DNA of 53,742 nt from positions 1-53,742 of the forward strand of contig CAIZPS010000270.1 in NCBI GenBank assembly GCA_903934925.1, read 5' to 3'. Under the pieces are notes generated by a model. That model ran no database searches, was not told the DNA's origin, and worked only from the letters and a program-made list of their open reading frames with translations. Below are positions 1 to 9,106 of the stretch, piece after piece. Position 1 is the stretch's first letter. Each line of letters opens with the position of its first letter. Made by a program: the position numbers and the translations under genes. Source of the stretch: an uncultured bacterium. GTDB lineage: Bacteria > Actinomycetota > Actinomycetes > S36-B12.

Positions 1-117
1 CGTGCGGCCATGCGCCACGTGCTGGAGGGCGTCACCCTCGCCGACGTGGCCAGCGGGTCACTGCCACCCGACGTCACCCAACTGCTCGCCGAACCCGGAG
101 CCTGGCAGCGCCGCTGA
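1..117 (+). CDS. 3' end of an unidentified CDS (partial, runs off the window)
   Basis: Frame 1 is open from base 1 to TGA at 115-117 (RAAMRHVLEGVTLADVASGSLPPDVTQLLAEPGAWQRR). Third-codon-position G/C bias is strong and typical of real coding sequence in this genome. There is no recognisable motif. Confidence 0.3.
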   Translation, partial: RAAMRHVLEGVTLADVASGSLPPDVTQLLAEPGAWQRR

Positions 118-126
118 ACGTGAGCC

Positions 127-1062
127 TCACACCTCGTCGAGCAGCCGTGACGCTGCCTCGTGGGGGTCGAGTTCCCCGGCAAGCACCTTCTGCACCAGCG
201 CCTCGAGGGAGGCCGACGCCATGCGACTCCTGGCCAGGGAAAGCGCCATCGCGGTGATCTCGTCGCTGGTGCGGCGCAGCAGGCGTCGCTCCCCCTCGCC
301 TGAATCCGCGAGCCACGTGCCGTGCTGGTCCACCGCGGCGAGGACGTCGACGATGCCCGCGCCCTCGACAGCCACTGTCGAGACCACCGGAGGCACCCAC
401 GCCGCATCGGTGCGCGCACCCAGCGCCAGCATCGCGCGCAGGTCACGGACCGTCTGGTCCGCACCCTCGCGATCGGCCTTGTTGACGACGAGGATGTCGG
501 CGATCTCGAGGATTCCGGCCTTCGCCGCCTGAATGCCGTCACCCATGCCCGGCGCGAGCAGGACGACAGTGGTGTCAGACACCCCCGCGATCTCGATCTC
601 GGACTGGCCTACGCCGACGGTTTCGATGAGTACATCGTCGAAACCCACGGCGTCGAGCACCCGGATGACCTGCGAGGTCGTGGCCGCCAGACCGCCCAGG
701 TGCCCTCGGGCGGCCATGGACCGGATGTACACCCGAGGATCCGTGGCGAGCTCCTGCATGCGAATGCGGTCGCCCAGCAGGGCGCCGCCGGAGTACGGCG
801 ACGACGGATCCACGGCCAGGACAGCGACGCGGCGCCCGGCGTCGCGCAACCTGGCCACCATCGCGGTCGTCGTCGTGGACTTGCCCGCTCCGGGAGGGCC
901 GGTGATTCCGACCACCCGCGCATGCCCCACGTGCCCAGCGCATTGCCGAAGCAGCGCCGCCGCCTGTGGCGCGTCGTCCTCGACCAGCGAGATGAGTCGG
1001 GCGACATCACGTGCGCGTCCTCGCCTGGCGCCGTCGAGCAAACCGTCGAGGTCGACGCTCAC
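127..1062 (-). CDS. meaB: methylmalonyl-CoA mutase-associated GTPase MeaB/ArgK
   Basis: P-loop GITGPPGAGKST, then LAVDPSSPYSGGALLGDRIRM and VVNKADREGA, as in the MeaB/ArgK G3E family. The longest ORF reaches 1170 but would overlap the divergent mce start. I placed the start at GTG 1062 (VSVDLDGLLDG..., GGAG 8 nt upstream); it is uncertain. Confidence 0.85.
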   Translation of the reverse strand: MSVDLDGLLDGARRGRARDVARLISLVEDDAPQAAALLRQCAGHVGHARVVGITGPPGAGKSTTTTAMVARLRDAGRRVAVLAVDPSSPYSGGALLGDRIRMQELATDPRVYIRSMAARGHLGGLAATTSQVIRVLDAVGFDDVLIETVGVGQSEIEIAGVSDTTVVLLAPGMGDGIQAAKAGILEIADILVVNKADREGADQTVRDLRAMLALGARTDAAWVPPVVSTVAVEGAGIVDVLAAVDQHGTWLADSGEGERRLLRRTSDEITAMALSLARSRMASASLEALVQKVLAGELDPHEAASRLLDEV

Positions 1063-1147
1063 CAGCACCACTCCGGTGTGACGACTGCCACTCCTGCGAT
1101 GGACATGTGCCACTCCCCATTCTCGCTGGTGGTGACAACATAGACCC

Positions 1148-1579
1148 ATGGAATCCCTGCTCACCCGCATCGACCACGTGGGTATCGCCGTGACCGACCT
1201 CGACGCGGCGGTCGATTTCTACAGCCGGGCCTTTGGCCTGACCAAGGTGCACGAGGAAGTGAACGAGGAGCAGGGCGTGCGCGAAGCCATGCTGGCGGTC
1301 GGCGACTCCGGTTCGTGCATCCAGCTCCTCGCCCCCCTGACACCCGAGTCCACCATCGCCAAGTTCCTCGACCGCTCAGGTCCGGGCATTCAGCAGGTGG
1401 CATACGCCGTGGATGACGTCGAGGCCACAGCTGACGCCCTGCGCAAGGCTGGTGTCCGCGTGCTGTACGAGTCACCCAAGCGGGGCACCGCGGGCTCCCT
1501 GGTCAACTTCTGCCACCCCAAGGACTGCGGCGGCGTGCTCATCGAGCTGGTCCAAGCGGCCCCCGACGCCCACCAATAG
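1148..1579 (+). CDS. mce: methylmalonyl-CoA epimerase (VOC/glyoxalase family)
   Basis: 143 aa with IDHVGIAVTDLDAAVDFY..., IAKFLDRSGPGIQQVAY and FCHPKDCGGVLIELV, the typical epimerase pattern. It sits next to meaB and ccr. Confidence 0.85.
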   Translation: MESLLTRIDHVGIAVTDLDAAVDFYSRAFGLTKVHEEVNEEQGVREAMLAVGDSGSCIQLLAPLTPESTIAKFLDRSGPGIQQVAYAVDDVEATADALRKAGVRVLYESPKRGTAGSLVNFCHPKDCGGVLIELVQAAPDAHQ

Positions 1580-1774
1580 GCGCGCAGCCGGCCCTGCCCC
1601 GAGCCCGCCGAGAGCCTGCGACCCAGGGAGCATGTGGGCATCGTCACTCCGAGTCGAGCAATGCGGCGCTTCATGGAACGATGGTGGCGGCGTCGACGGG
1701 CGGCCGGGCCACCGGCAGTCGCGCGGCTACCGCGGTGGCATCAGGCCACGTCCTAGTCGATCGGGAGGTCCATC

Positions 1775-3109
1775 ATGGAGCGCATTCGGGAGGCGATCCT
1801 TGCGGACGCCGAGTCGGAGGAATTCGCGAGCATCCCCGTGCCGGAGGCCTACCGGGCGGTGACCGTCCACCAGGACGAGCAGGAGATGTTTGCCGGGATG
1901 GTCACGGCGGACAAGGACCCACGGAGGTCCCTTCACGTGGATGAGGTGCCAACACCGGAACTGGCTCCTGGCGAGGCGCTCATCGCAGTGATGGCCTCAT
2001 CCATCAACTACAACACGGTGTGGACGTCGATCTTCGAACCAGTGTCGACCTTCGGCTTCCTCGAGCGGTACGGCCGCACTCACGCCGATGCCAAGCGCCA
2101 CGACCTGCCCTATCACGTGATTGGCTCGGACGCCGCTGGCGTCGTACTGCGCGTAGGTCCTGGCGTCAACGCCTGGAAGCCCGGCGACAAGGTCGTCGCG
2201 CACTGCCTGAGCGTGGAGCTGGAGTCCCCGATGGGGCACAACGACACCATGATGGATCCCGAGCAGCGGATCTGGGGGTTCGAGACGAACTTCGGCGGCC
2301 TGGCCGAACTCGCAATCGTGAAGTCCAACCAGCTTCTGCCCAAGCCCGCGCACCTGACCTGGGAGGAGGCCGCCAGCCCGGGCCTGGTGAACTCCACCGC
2401 CTACCGGCAGCTGGTGTCGCGCAACGGTGCCGGCATGAAGCAGGGCGATGTCGTGCTCATCTGGGGAGCCTCGGGTGGACTCGGCTCCTACGCCACCCAG
2501 TACGCCGTCAATGGCGGCGCAATCCCGGTATGCGTGGTGTCCAGCCCCGAGAAGGCCGACCTCGCCCGTGCCATGGGCGCCGAGCTCGTCATCGACCGCA
2601 GTGCGGAGGGCTACCGGTTCTGGAAGGACGAGCACACGCAGGACCCCAAGGAGTGGCAGCGTCTCGGCAAGCGGATTCGCGAGCTCACCGGAGGCGACGA
2701 CGTCGACATCGTCTTCGAGCACCCGGGGCGGGAGACTTTCGGCGCGTCCGTCTACGTCACCCGCAAAGGCGGCACCATCGTGACCTGCGCATCCACCAGC
2801 GGATTCATGCACGAGTACGACAACCGGTACCTGTGGATGAACCTCAAGCGGATCGTCGGCTCGCACTTCGCGAACTACCGCGAGGCCTATGAGGCCAACC
2901 GACTCATCGCCAAGGGCATGATCCACCCGACCGTGTCGAAGTCCTTCCCCCTCGAACAGGCCGGACAAGCCGCCTACGAAGTGCATCGCAACGCCCACCA
3001 GGGCAAGGTCGGCGTCCTCACCCTCGCCCCATCGGAGGGCCTCGGAGTCACCGACCCCGAACTGCGCGCTCGGCACGAGCCTGCCATCAACCGCTTCCGC
3101 AACACCTGA
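1775..3109 (+). CDS. ccr: crotonyl-CoA carboxylase/reductase
   Basis: 444 aa with near full-length resemblance to Streptomyces-type Ccr: EAYRAVTVHQDE, SINYNTVWTSIFEPVSTFGFLERYGR, RIWGFETNFGGLAE, IWGASGGLGSYATQ, YDNRYLWMNLKRIVGSHFANYREAYEANRLI, HQGKVGVL. GGGAGG lies 6 nt upstream of the ATG. Confidence 0.9.
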   Translation: MERIREAILADAESEEFASIPVPEAYRAVTVHQDEQEMFAGMVTADKDPRRSLHVDEVPTPELAPGEALIAVMASSINYNTVWTSIFEPVSTFGFLERYGRTHADAKRHDLPYHVIGSDAAGVVLRVGPGVNAWKPGDKVVAHCLSVELESPMGHNDTMMDPEQRIWGFETNFGGLAELAIVKSNQLLPKPAHLTWEEAASPGLVNSTAYRQLVSRNGAGMKQGDVVLIWGASGGLGSYATQYAVNGGAIPVCVVSSPEKADLARAMGAELVIDRSAEGYRFWKDEHTQDPKEWQRLGKRIRELTGGDDVDIVFEHPGRETFGASVYVTRKGGTIVTCASTSGFMHEYDNRYLWMNLKRIVGSHFANYREAYEANRLIAKGMIHPTVSKSFPLEQAGQAAYEVHRNAHQGKVGVLTLAPSEGLGVTDPELRARHEPAINRFRNT

Positions 3110-3151
3110 GCAGAGCGAGTCGACGGCACTTCCAGCGCTTAGCATGGACAG

Positions 3152-5089
3152 GTGCCCACGAGCCTGACGCCGACCTCCGGCTCGGTGCCGTGGCTGCTGG
3201 ATCGGGGTCGCGCCAAGGGCGAGATGGGCTACCTGCCCGGCCTCGACGGAGTCCGCGCGCTGGCGGTCCTCGGAGTCCTGCTCTACCACGCCGACCTGAC
3301 ATGGATCAGCGGAGGCTTCCTCGGCGTCGACGTCTTCTTCGTGCTGAGCGGATTCCTGATCACCTCGCTGCTCCTGGAGGAGTACGAGCGCTCTGGCCGC
3401 ATCCGATTCGGCCGCTTCTACCTGGGTCGCGCCCGACGCCTGCTTCCCGCCCTGGTACTGATGCTCGTGATCGTCGCTGCCGTCGTCGCCCTGTTCTTCC
3501 GCGATGCCGCCGCCTCGCTTCGTGCCGACCTGATCGCCTCGCTCCTGTACGTCAACAACTGGTGGTACGTCCTCAATGACGCGTCCTACTTCGAGTTCAT
3601 CGGACGTCCCCCGCTGCTGAAGCACCTGTGGTCCCTCGCGGTCGAGGAGCAGTTCTACCTGCTGTGGCCGCTTCTCGCCTTCGTGGCGATGCGTGCCGGG
3701 GGGAGACGCGGCGTTCGGCTGCTCGCCATCCTGCTCGGGCTCGCCTCGACCGCCTGGATGATCTACCTCTCCGTCACCAACGGCTTCCCCGAGTACGCCG
3801 ATCCCAGTCGCGCCTACTTCGGCACCGACGCGCACGCCATGGGCCTGCTCGTGGGTGCTGCACTGGCCACCGCATGGCGACCTGGACGACTGAGAGCCGA
3901 CGTATCGACCGTTGCACGCGTGCTCATCACCGCCACGGGCATCGTGGCCCTGCTGACCGTCGTGTGGTTCTTCGTGTTCGTCGGGGAGTTCACCCCGTGG
4001 CTGTACCAGCGAGGCGGGTTCCTCCTGCTGGCCCTCGTCGTGGCGCTCCTCATCGCCATGGCCACCCATCCCGCTTCTCCCCTAGGCGGATGGATGGGGA
4101 CGCAGCCCTGGCGCTATCTGGGGCAGCGGTCCTACGGGCTGTACCTGTGGCACTGGCCCATCTTCATGCTGACCCGGCCAGGGCTCGACGTGCCCTTGGA
4201 CGGCATTCCCCTGCTCGTGCTGCGCCTGGGCCTGACCATCGGCATTGCCGAGTTGAGCTATCGCTTCGTTGAGATGCCCATTCGCCGAGGATCGATCGAT
4301 CGCTGGATCCATCGCTGGCGCATGTCTGCCGGCGATGTTCGCCGCCGGCTCACCGCGCAGGGTTCCGCGATCATCGCCGCCTGCCTCGCCATCGTCGTCA
4401 CGATCGGGATCTCGCTCGCCACCGCCCCTGCCGCGAACACCCAGGAAGCACTTCCTGCGGATGTGGCCGAGGCCATCGGCATCGCTGACGGTGGGCCGAC
4501 CGAAGTATCCCTCGAGGACCCCGAGCCGGGCACCGCTGCCGACGTCACTGGCACAGATGCCACCGACACACCCGCACAGCAGGACACCACCCCGGCCAAC
4601 GGTCGGGTGAGCGCGATCGGCGACTCGGTGATGCTCGGGGCCCGGGAGACCCTCAAGACCGTCATCCCGGGTACGCGAGTCGACGCCGCGGTGTCCAGAT
4701 TCCCCGGCGCCTTCGTAGGCAAACTGAAGCGCTACGTCAACAGGGACAAACTCGCACCCATCGTCGTCCTTCATGCCGGGACCAACGGGGTGATGCCCGA
4801 GGACATGCTCCGCGAGATGCTCGACGTGCTGTCCAAGACGCCTCGGGTGATCGTGCTCACGACCAATATGCCCCGGACGTGGCGAGCACCGAACAACAAG
4901 GTGATCAGAACGGTCGTCCCCGACTACCCCAACGTCGTGCTGGTCGACTGGTACGCCATGTCGAAGGATCATCCCGAGTACTTCACCTCCGACGGCATCC
5001 ACCTGACACCAAGGGGGGCACGGGCCTACGCGAAGGCGATCAAGGCCGAGGTCGACAACTCGCCCAAGGCCAAGGCCCGGAATCCCTGA
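3152..5089 (+). CDS. acyltransferase-3 family membrane O-acyltransferase with C-terminal SGNH domain (OafA/OatA-like)
   Basis: LDGVRALAVLGVLLYH and VDVFFVLSGFLIT open a multi-TM domain. The C-terminal domain carries GDSVMLG and SDGIHLT motifs. The start is GTG 3152 or ATG 3224. Confidence 0.8.
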   Translation: MPTSLTPTSGSVPWLLDRGRAKGEMGYLPGLDGVRALAVLGVLLYHADLTWISGGFLGVDVFFVLSGFLITSLLLEEYERSGRIRFGRFYLGRARRLLPALVLMLVIVAAVVALFFRDAAASLRADLIASLLYVNNWWYVLNDASYFEFIGRPPLLKHLWSLAVEEQFYLLWPLLAFVAMRAGGRRGVRLLAILLGLASTAWMIYLSVTNGFPEYADPSRAYFGTDAHAMGLLVGAALATAWRPGRLRADVSTVARVLITATGIVALLTVVWFFVFVGEFTPWLYQRGGFLLLALVVALLIAMATHPASPLGGWMGTQPWRYLGQRSYGLYLWHWPIFMLTRPGLDVPLDGIPLLVLRLGLTIGIAELSYRFVEMPIRRGSIDRWIHRWRMSAGDVRRRLTAQGSAIIAACLAIVVTIGISLATAPAANTQEALPADVAEAIGIADGGPTEVSLEDPEPGTAADVTGTDATDTPAQQDTTPANGRVSAIGDSVMLGARETLKTVIPGTRVDAAVSRFPGAFVGKLKRYVNRDKLAPIVVLHAGTNGVMPEDMLREMLDVLSKTPRVIVLTTNMPRTWRAPNNKVIRTVVPDYPNVVLVDWYAMSKDHPEYFTSDGIHLTPRGARAYAKAIKAEVDNSPKAKARNP

Positions 5090-5091
5090 TC

Positions 5092-5862
5092 TCAGTCGAC
5101 CGAGTCGAGGAATCCGATGATCTCCGACGCCGCGGCATCGGGAGTCTCGAGGATGGCCAGATGCCCGGCACTCGGCAGTGCCACGCCCCGCGCATCGGAC
5201 AGCGCCTCAAGCATCGCCAATTGCTCGTCGGCCGGGCTCAGGGTGTCCTCGTCACCCCACAGCACCAGACTCGGACCCGACCAAGCCGCCAGAGCGGCAA
5301 GAGAGTCAGGACGACACGCCATCGCTCGCTGGTACCACGCGACAGAGGGCGCCTGCGCCTGCTGAAGGTACCGCCGTGCGCGCTCCACGACGCTGGGGCG
5401 CTCTGCCCGCGTGGTGTCGCCGAGGAGTCCGGGCAGTACCGCCTGCTCCAGGATCCTCGCGGTGTCCGACGGCGTCTGCTCGCACAGCACCGCAAGTCGC
5501 TCACGATTCTGCTGCGCCTGCTCGGAGTCGGCTGTCGCCTTCGTGTCGCACAGGATGAGAGACCGGACTACCTCCGGGTACCGGCGCACGAGGTTCATCG
5601 CGACGTAGCCACCCAGCGACACGCCCGCGACGACACAGGAATCCGTGTTCTGCTCTTGCAGGATCCGAACCATCTCATCGGCGACAGCATCAAGGTTCGG
5701 AGGACCATCCAGACGAGGCGACGTGCCGAAGCCCGGCAGATCGGGCACGACAGTGCGCCATCCAGCATCGCGACAGGCCTGCGCGACGGGATCCCACAAG
5801 GTGCCGTCACAGGGGAAGGCATGCAGGAGCAGGACGGAGTCCGCGACGTTTCGCTTCCCCAT
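5092..5862 (-). CDS. alpha/beta hydrolase
   Basis: Has LLLHAFPCDG, the nucleophile elbow GVSLGG, and C-terminal SAGHLAILETP. I chose the ATG at 5862 because it overlaps the upstream gene's TGA by 1 nt (TGATG). The longer 6009 start would lie inside that gene. Confidence 0.75.
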   Translation of the reverse strand: MGKRNVADSVLLLHAFPCDGTLWDPVAQACRDAGWRTVVPDLPGFGTSPRLDGPPNLDAVADEMVRILQEQNTDSCVVAGVSLGGYVAMNLVRRYPEVVRSLILCDTKATADSEQAQQNRERLAVLCEQTPSDTARILEQAVLPGLLGDTTRAERPSVVERARRYLQQAQAPSVAWYQRAMACRPDSLAALAAWSGPSLVLWGDEDTLSPADEQLAMLEALSDARGVALPSAGHLAILETPDAAASEIIGFLDSVD

Positions 5863-6149
5863 CAGCGCGTCCTGGGTCCACGTCGATCTCGGGCTGCCCA
5901 GCAGGGACTGTGCCAGTGGCGACGATGCTCCAGGCCCTTGGGATCCTCCGCCGGATAGGCGACGACGTGGGGCGTCGCCGGGGGGATCTGCTGATCGCAA
6001 CCCGGGCATCGGTAGGGCTTCGTCGCCGCCGAACCCGTCGTGCGCTGCACGACCCAGTCACCGTCAGGATGGGACTCGACCGTCCTACTGGCAACGGTAG
6101 GCCCGAGGGGGCGGGAGTCATCGTCGCGACGGCGATGCTTGCGGCCCAT
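5862..6149 (-). CDS. small conserved zinc-ribbon-like protein (hypothetical)
   Basis: 95 aa with CPGC...HVV...HWHSPCW, a putative Cys/His metal site. It is joined to both neighbours by 1-nt TGATG overlaps, and its codon bias looks like coding sequence. Confidence 0.6.
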   Translation of the reverse strand: MGRKHRRRDDDSRPLGPTVASRTVESHPDGDWVVQRTTGSAATKPYRCPGCDQQIPPATPHVVAYPAEDPKGLEHRRHWHSPCWAARDRRGPRTR

Positions 6150-7915
6150 CAGCCCGAGTGGTCCCGGAATCCACGCCCGGTCTTGCGCCCGAGGTAGCCC
6201 GCCGTCACCAGGTGCTCCAGGCGAGGAGTCGGAGCGAAGCCCGGTTCCCGGAACTCCAGGTAAAGGGTGCGCTGGATCGCCAGCGAGACGTCCAGGCCCA
6301 CGGCGTCGAGCAGTTCGAACGGACCCATCGGATAGCCGCAGCCCTTCTTCATCGCCAGGTCGATGTCATCGGCATTCGCGTAGTTGGCCTCGAGCATGCG
6401 CACGGCATCGTTCAGGTAGGGGAAGAGAAGAGCGTTGACGATGAAGCCGGCGCGGTCACCGCACGTCACCGGGTGCTTGCCCACGGTGCGACAGACCGCA
6501 ACAGCGGTGTCGGCGACCTCTTGGCTCGTTGCCACCGTTCGCACCACCTCCACGAGCTGCATCACCGCTGCCGGATTGAAGAAGTGCAGCCCCACAACGT
6601 CGGCCGGACGGCCGGTCGCCATGGCCAGATCAATGACCGGGAGGCTCGAGGTCGTCGTGGCGAGGATCGCACCCGGCTTGCACGTGCGGTCGAGTTCCAC
6701 GAACAGGGCGCGCTTGACCTCGAGGTCCTCGACCACCGCCTCGACGACCAGATCAACGTAGGAGAGCTCCCGCAGGGACGAGGATGCCCGCAGGCGTGAG
6801 CGCGCCTCGGCACCCTGCTCCTCGGTGAGGCGGCCCTTGGCCACAGCACGATCGAGGGAGGCCTCGATGCGCGACATCGCCAGTGCGGCCTTATCTGCGC
6901 TGCGGGCCACAAGAATCACATCGATACCCGCTCGAGCAAAGACCTCGGCGATTCCACTGGCCATGGTGCCGGATCCGACAACACCGACCGAGGTGACCTC
7001 ACGCGTGGACTCGGCGACGTACTCACTGGGATCCGCCCCGTCGACGACCACTGGCGACCCCGGAGCCTCGTAGCGGTAGAAGCCCTGGCCGGACTTGCGA
7101 CCGCGCAGGCCCGCCGTCACGAGCTGCTTGAGGATCGGCGACGGCGCATGGAGACGATCACGGCCCTGCTTGTACATCGTGTCGAGAATCTCGTACGCCG
7201 TATCCAGGCCGATGAGGTCGAGCAGCATGAGCGGACCCATGGGCAGGCCGCACCCCAGGCGCATGGCATCGTCGATGTCCTCGCGCGTGGCGTACCTCGA
7301 CTCGTACATCGACACCGCATGGTTGAGATATCCGAAGAGCAGCGCATTGGCGATGAAGCCGGCCCTGTCGCCGATCACCACCGGCTCCTTCCCGAGCGAC
7401 TGAGCGAAAGCGGCGGCAGCGTCGATGACCTCCTGCGAGGTCACGACGGTCCGGACGATCTCGACGAAGGACAGGATCGGAGCCGGATTGAAGAAATGGA
7501 TGCCGACGACGTTCGCAGGGCGCCGAGTCGCCACTGCGATGTCGGTCACAGACAGGGACGAGGTGTTGCTGGCGAGGATCGCGTGCGGCGGCGCGATGGC
7601 GTCGACCTGCGCGAAAATCGTCTTCTTCAGCTCGAGGCTCTCACTCACGGCCTCGATCACAAGGTCCGCGTCACCCAGAGCCGGGTAGTCGGTCGTAAAG
7701 GTGATTCGCCCGATGAGAGCCGCGCGCTCGGCATCCGACAGCTTCCCGCGCTTGACGGCACGCTGCGTGGAGTTGTCGATCATGGATCGCCCATGCTCGA
7801 GTGCCGCGGTGGTGGTCTCGATCGCCACGACCTGGTAGCCGTTGCGCGCAATGACCTCGGCGATGCCGGCACCCATAGTGCCCAGCCCGATGACGCCTAC
7901 CTTCGCGATGGACAT
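6149..7915 (-). CDS. 3-hydroxyacyl-CoA (3-hydroxybutyryl-CoA) dehydrogenase, tandem-duplicated two-module form
   Basis: Two complete HADH modules are present. Module 1 starts VGVIGLGTMGAGIAE with NTSSLSV and HFFNPAP. Module 2 starts VGVVGSGTMASGIAE with TTSSLPV and HFFNPAA. The start is ATG 7915 (MSIAKVGVIG); the longer ORF to 8167 overlaps nucS. Confidence 0.85.
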   Translation of the reverse strand: MSIAKVGVIGLGTMGAGIAEVIARNGYQVVAIETTTAALEHGRSMIDNSTQRAVKRGKLSDAERAALIGRITFTTDYPALGDADLVIEAVSESLELKKTIFAQVDAIAPPHAILASNTSSLSVTDIAVATRRPANVVGIHFFNPAPILSFVEIVRTVVTSQEVIDAAAAFAQSLGKEPVVIGDRAGFIANALLFGYLNHAVSMYESRYATREDIDDAMRLGCGLPMGPLMLLDLIGLDTAYEILDTMYKQGRDRLHAPSPILKQLVTAGLRGRKSGQGFYRYEAPGSPVVVDGADPSEYVAESTREVTSVGVVGSGTMASGIAEVFARAGIDVILVARSADKAALAMSRIEASLDRAVAKGRLTEEQGAEARSRLRASSSLRELSYVDLVVEAVVEDLEVKRALFVELDRTCKPGAILATTTSSLPVIDLAMATGRPADVVGLHFFNPAAVMQLVEVVRTVATSQEVADTAVAVCRTVGKHPVTCGDRAGFIVNALLFPYLNDAVRMLEANYANADDIDLAMKKGCGYPMGPFELLDAVGLDVSLAIQRTLYLEFREPGFAPTPRLEHLVTAGYLGRKTGRGFRDHSG

Positions 7916-8045
7916 GCCCACCCCTTCATCCGATCCACCCACCGATCCGCCCGGCCCGATCTGCTCCGCCAGATCCGCTCCGCCAGGGCAGGAGGCACCG
8001 CCCCGACGCGCCCACGCTGACCCTATCCCCCGGCCCGCGCCAGCC

Positions 8046-8726
8046 TCAGAACAGTCGCGCCTCAGGACGATCGACTCCGCGGAGTGCGTCGTAGTCCACC
8101 ACCACGCACTCGATTCCCCTGTCCTGGGCGAGAACCCGGGCCTGCGGCTTGATCTCCTGGGCGGCAAAGACGCCGCGAACCGGGCTCAGCAGCGGGTCGC
8201 GATTGAGCAGTTCCAGGTACCGCGTGAGCTGCTCCACCCCATCGATCTCACCCCGCCGCTTGATCTCCACTGCCACAGCGCGGCCGTCGGCGTCGCGGCA
8301 CATCAGATCGACCGGGCCGATCGCTGTGGGGTACTCCCGCCGTACGAGGCGCCATCCGGATCCGAGGGCATCCAGATGCTCGGAGAGGAGCGTCTGAAGG
8401 TGGGCCTCCACACCGTCCTTGATCAGCCCCGGATCAATGCCGAGTTCGTGATCGTGCTCGTGCAGCACCTCGTGGATCGTCACGACAAGCTGCTCACCGG
8501 CCTTGTTCTCCACCGTCCAGACCTGCTCGGCGACACCGTCGTCCGGGACGCTGATCCGAATCGAGCACGGCGGGCTCATCCAGTTCAGCGGCTTGTAGGA
8601 GCCTCCGTCCGAATGGACGAGCACAGATCCGTCCGCCTTGACCATGATGACCCGCGACGCCTCAGGCAGGTGCGCCGTGAGACGACCGGCATAGTCGACC
8701 GTGCACCGCGCCACCAGAATCCGCAC
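8046..8726 (-). CDS. nucS: endonuclease NucS (mismatch-specific)
   Basis: 226 aa with (M)[28 protein letters not shown] and [24 protein letters not shown], the typical NucS pattern. GTG start. Confidence 0.9.
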   Translation of the reverse strand: MRILVARCTVDYAGRLTAHLPEASRVIMVKADGSVLVHSDGGSYKPLNWMSPPCSIRISVPDDGVAEQVWTVENKAGEQLVVTIHEVLHEHDHELGIDPGLIKDGVEAHLQTLLSEHLDALGSGWRLVRREYPTAIGPVDLMCRDADGRAVAVEIKRRGEIDGVEQLTRYLELLNRDPLLSPVRGVFAAQEIKPQARVLAQDRGIECVVVDYDALRGVDRPEARLF

Positions 8727-8779
8727 ATCGGGGAGCGTACCGACTGGCGCGCCGCACCCGCAGGTCCCACCATGGGGTC

Positions 8780-9106
8780 GTGCCCTCCTGGGGATCGTTC
8801 TCCTACGCCTTCGGGCCCCTCGTCGCCCTCCTGCTGATCATCGTCTTCGTCGTCATCCTGCGCTGGGCCTTTCGCCGCGGCACATCCGTCGTCGCGGCAC
8901 CGCCGAAGGCAGGCGCCGACTCCGAGTACGGCCTGTTGGTGCCCGTGGCCTCGCCCGGGTCGTACATCGAGGGAGAGGTTCTGCGTCGGCACCTGGAGGA
9001 CAGCGGCATTCGTGCCAATCTTGCGACCACCGTCGACGGCCCGCGGGTGATGGTGTGGCCGCAGGACGAGCAGCGGGCGCGGGCGGCCCTGGCTAGGCGT
9101 CGCTGA
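8780..9106 (+). CDS. small membrane-anchored hypothetical protein
   Basis: 108 aa with one N-terminal TM helix ([17 protein letters not shown]) and strong GC3 bias. GTG start. Its end overlaps the murA stop convergently by 14 nt. Confidence 0.55.
   Translation: MPSWGSFSYAFGPLVALLLIIVFVVILRWAFRRGTSVVAAPPKAGADSEYGLLVPVASPGSYIEGEVLRRHLEDSGIRANLATTVDGPRVMVWPQDEQRARAALARRR

Noticed and set aside
1997-4069. 690-aa minus-strand ORF spanning ccr and the acyltransferase gene
   Set aside because: It is antisense to two genes with unmistakable family motifs. Its composition (G/E/D/A/H/R-rich, no motifs) is what the reverse frame of GC3-rich coding sequence produces. The same reasoning applies to the long antisense ORFs 13942-15588, 19858-21750, 26069-28033, 43779-44456, 45847-46830 and 49321-50988.
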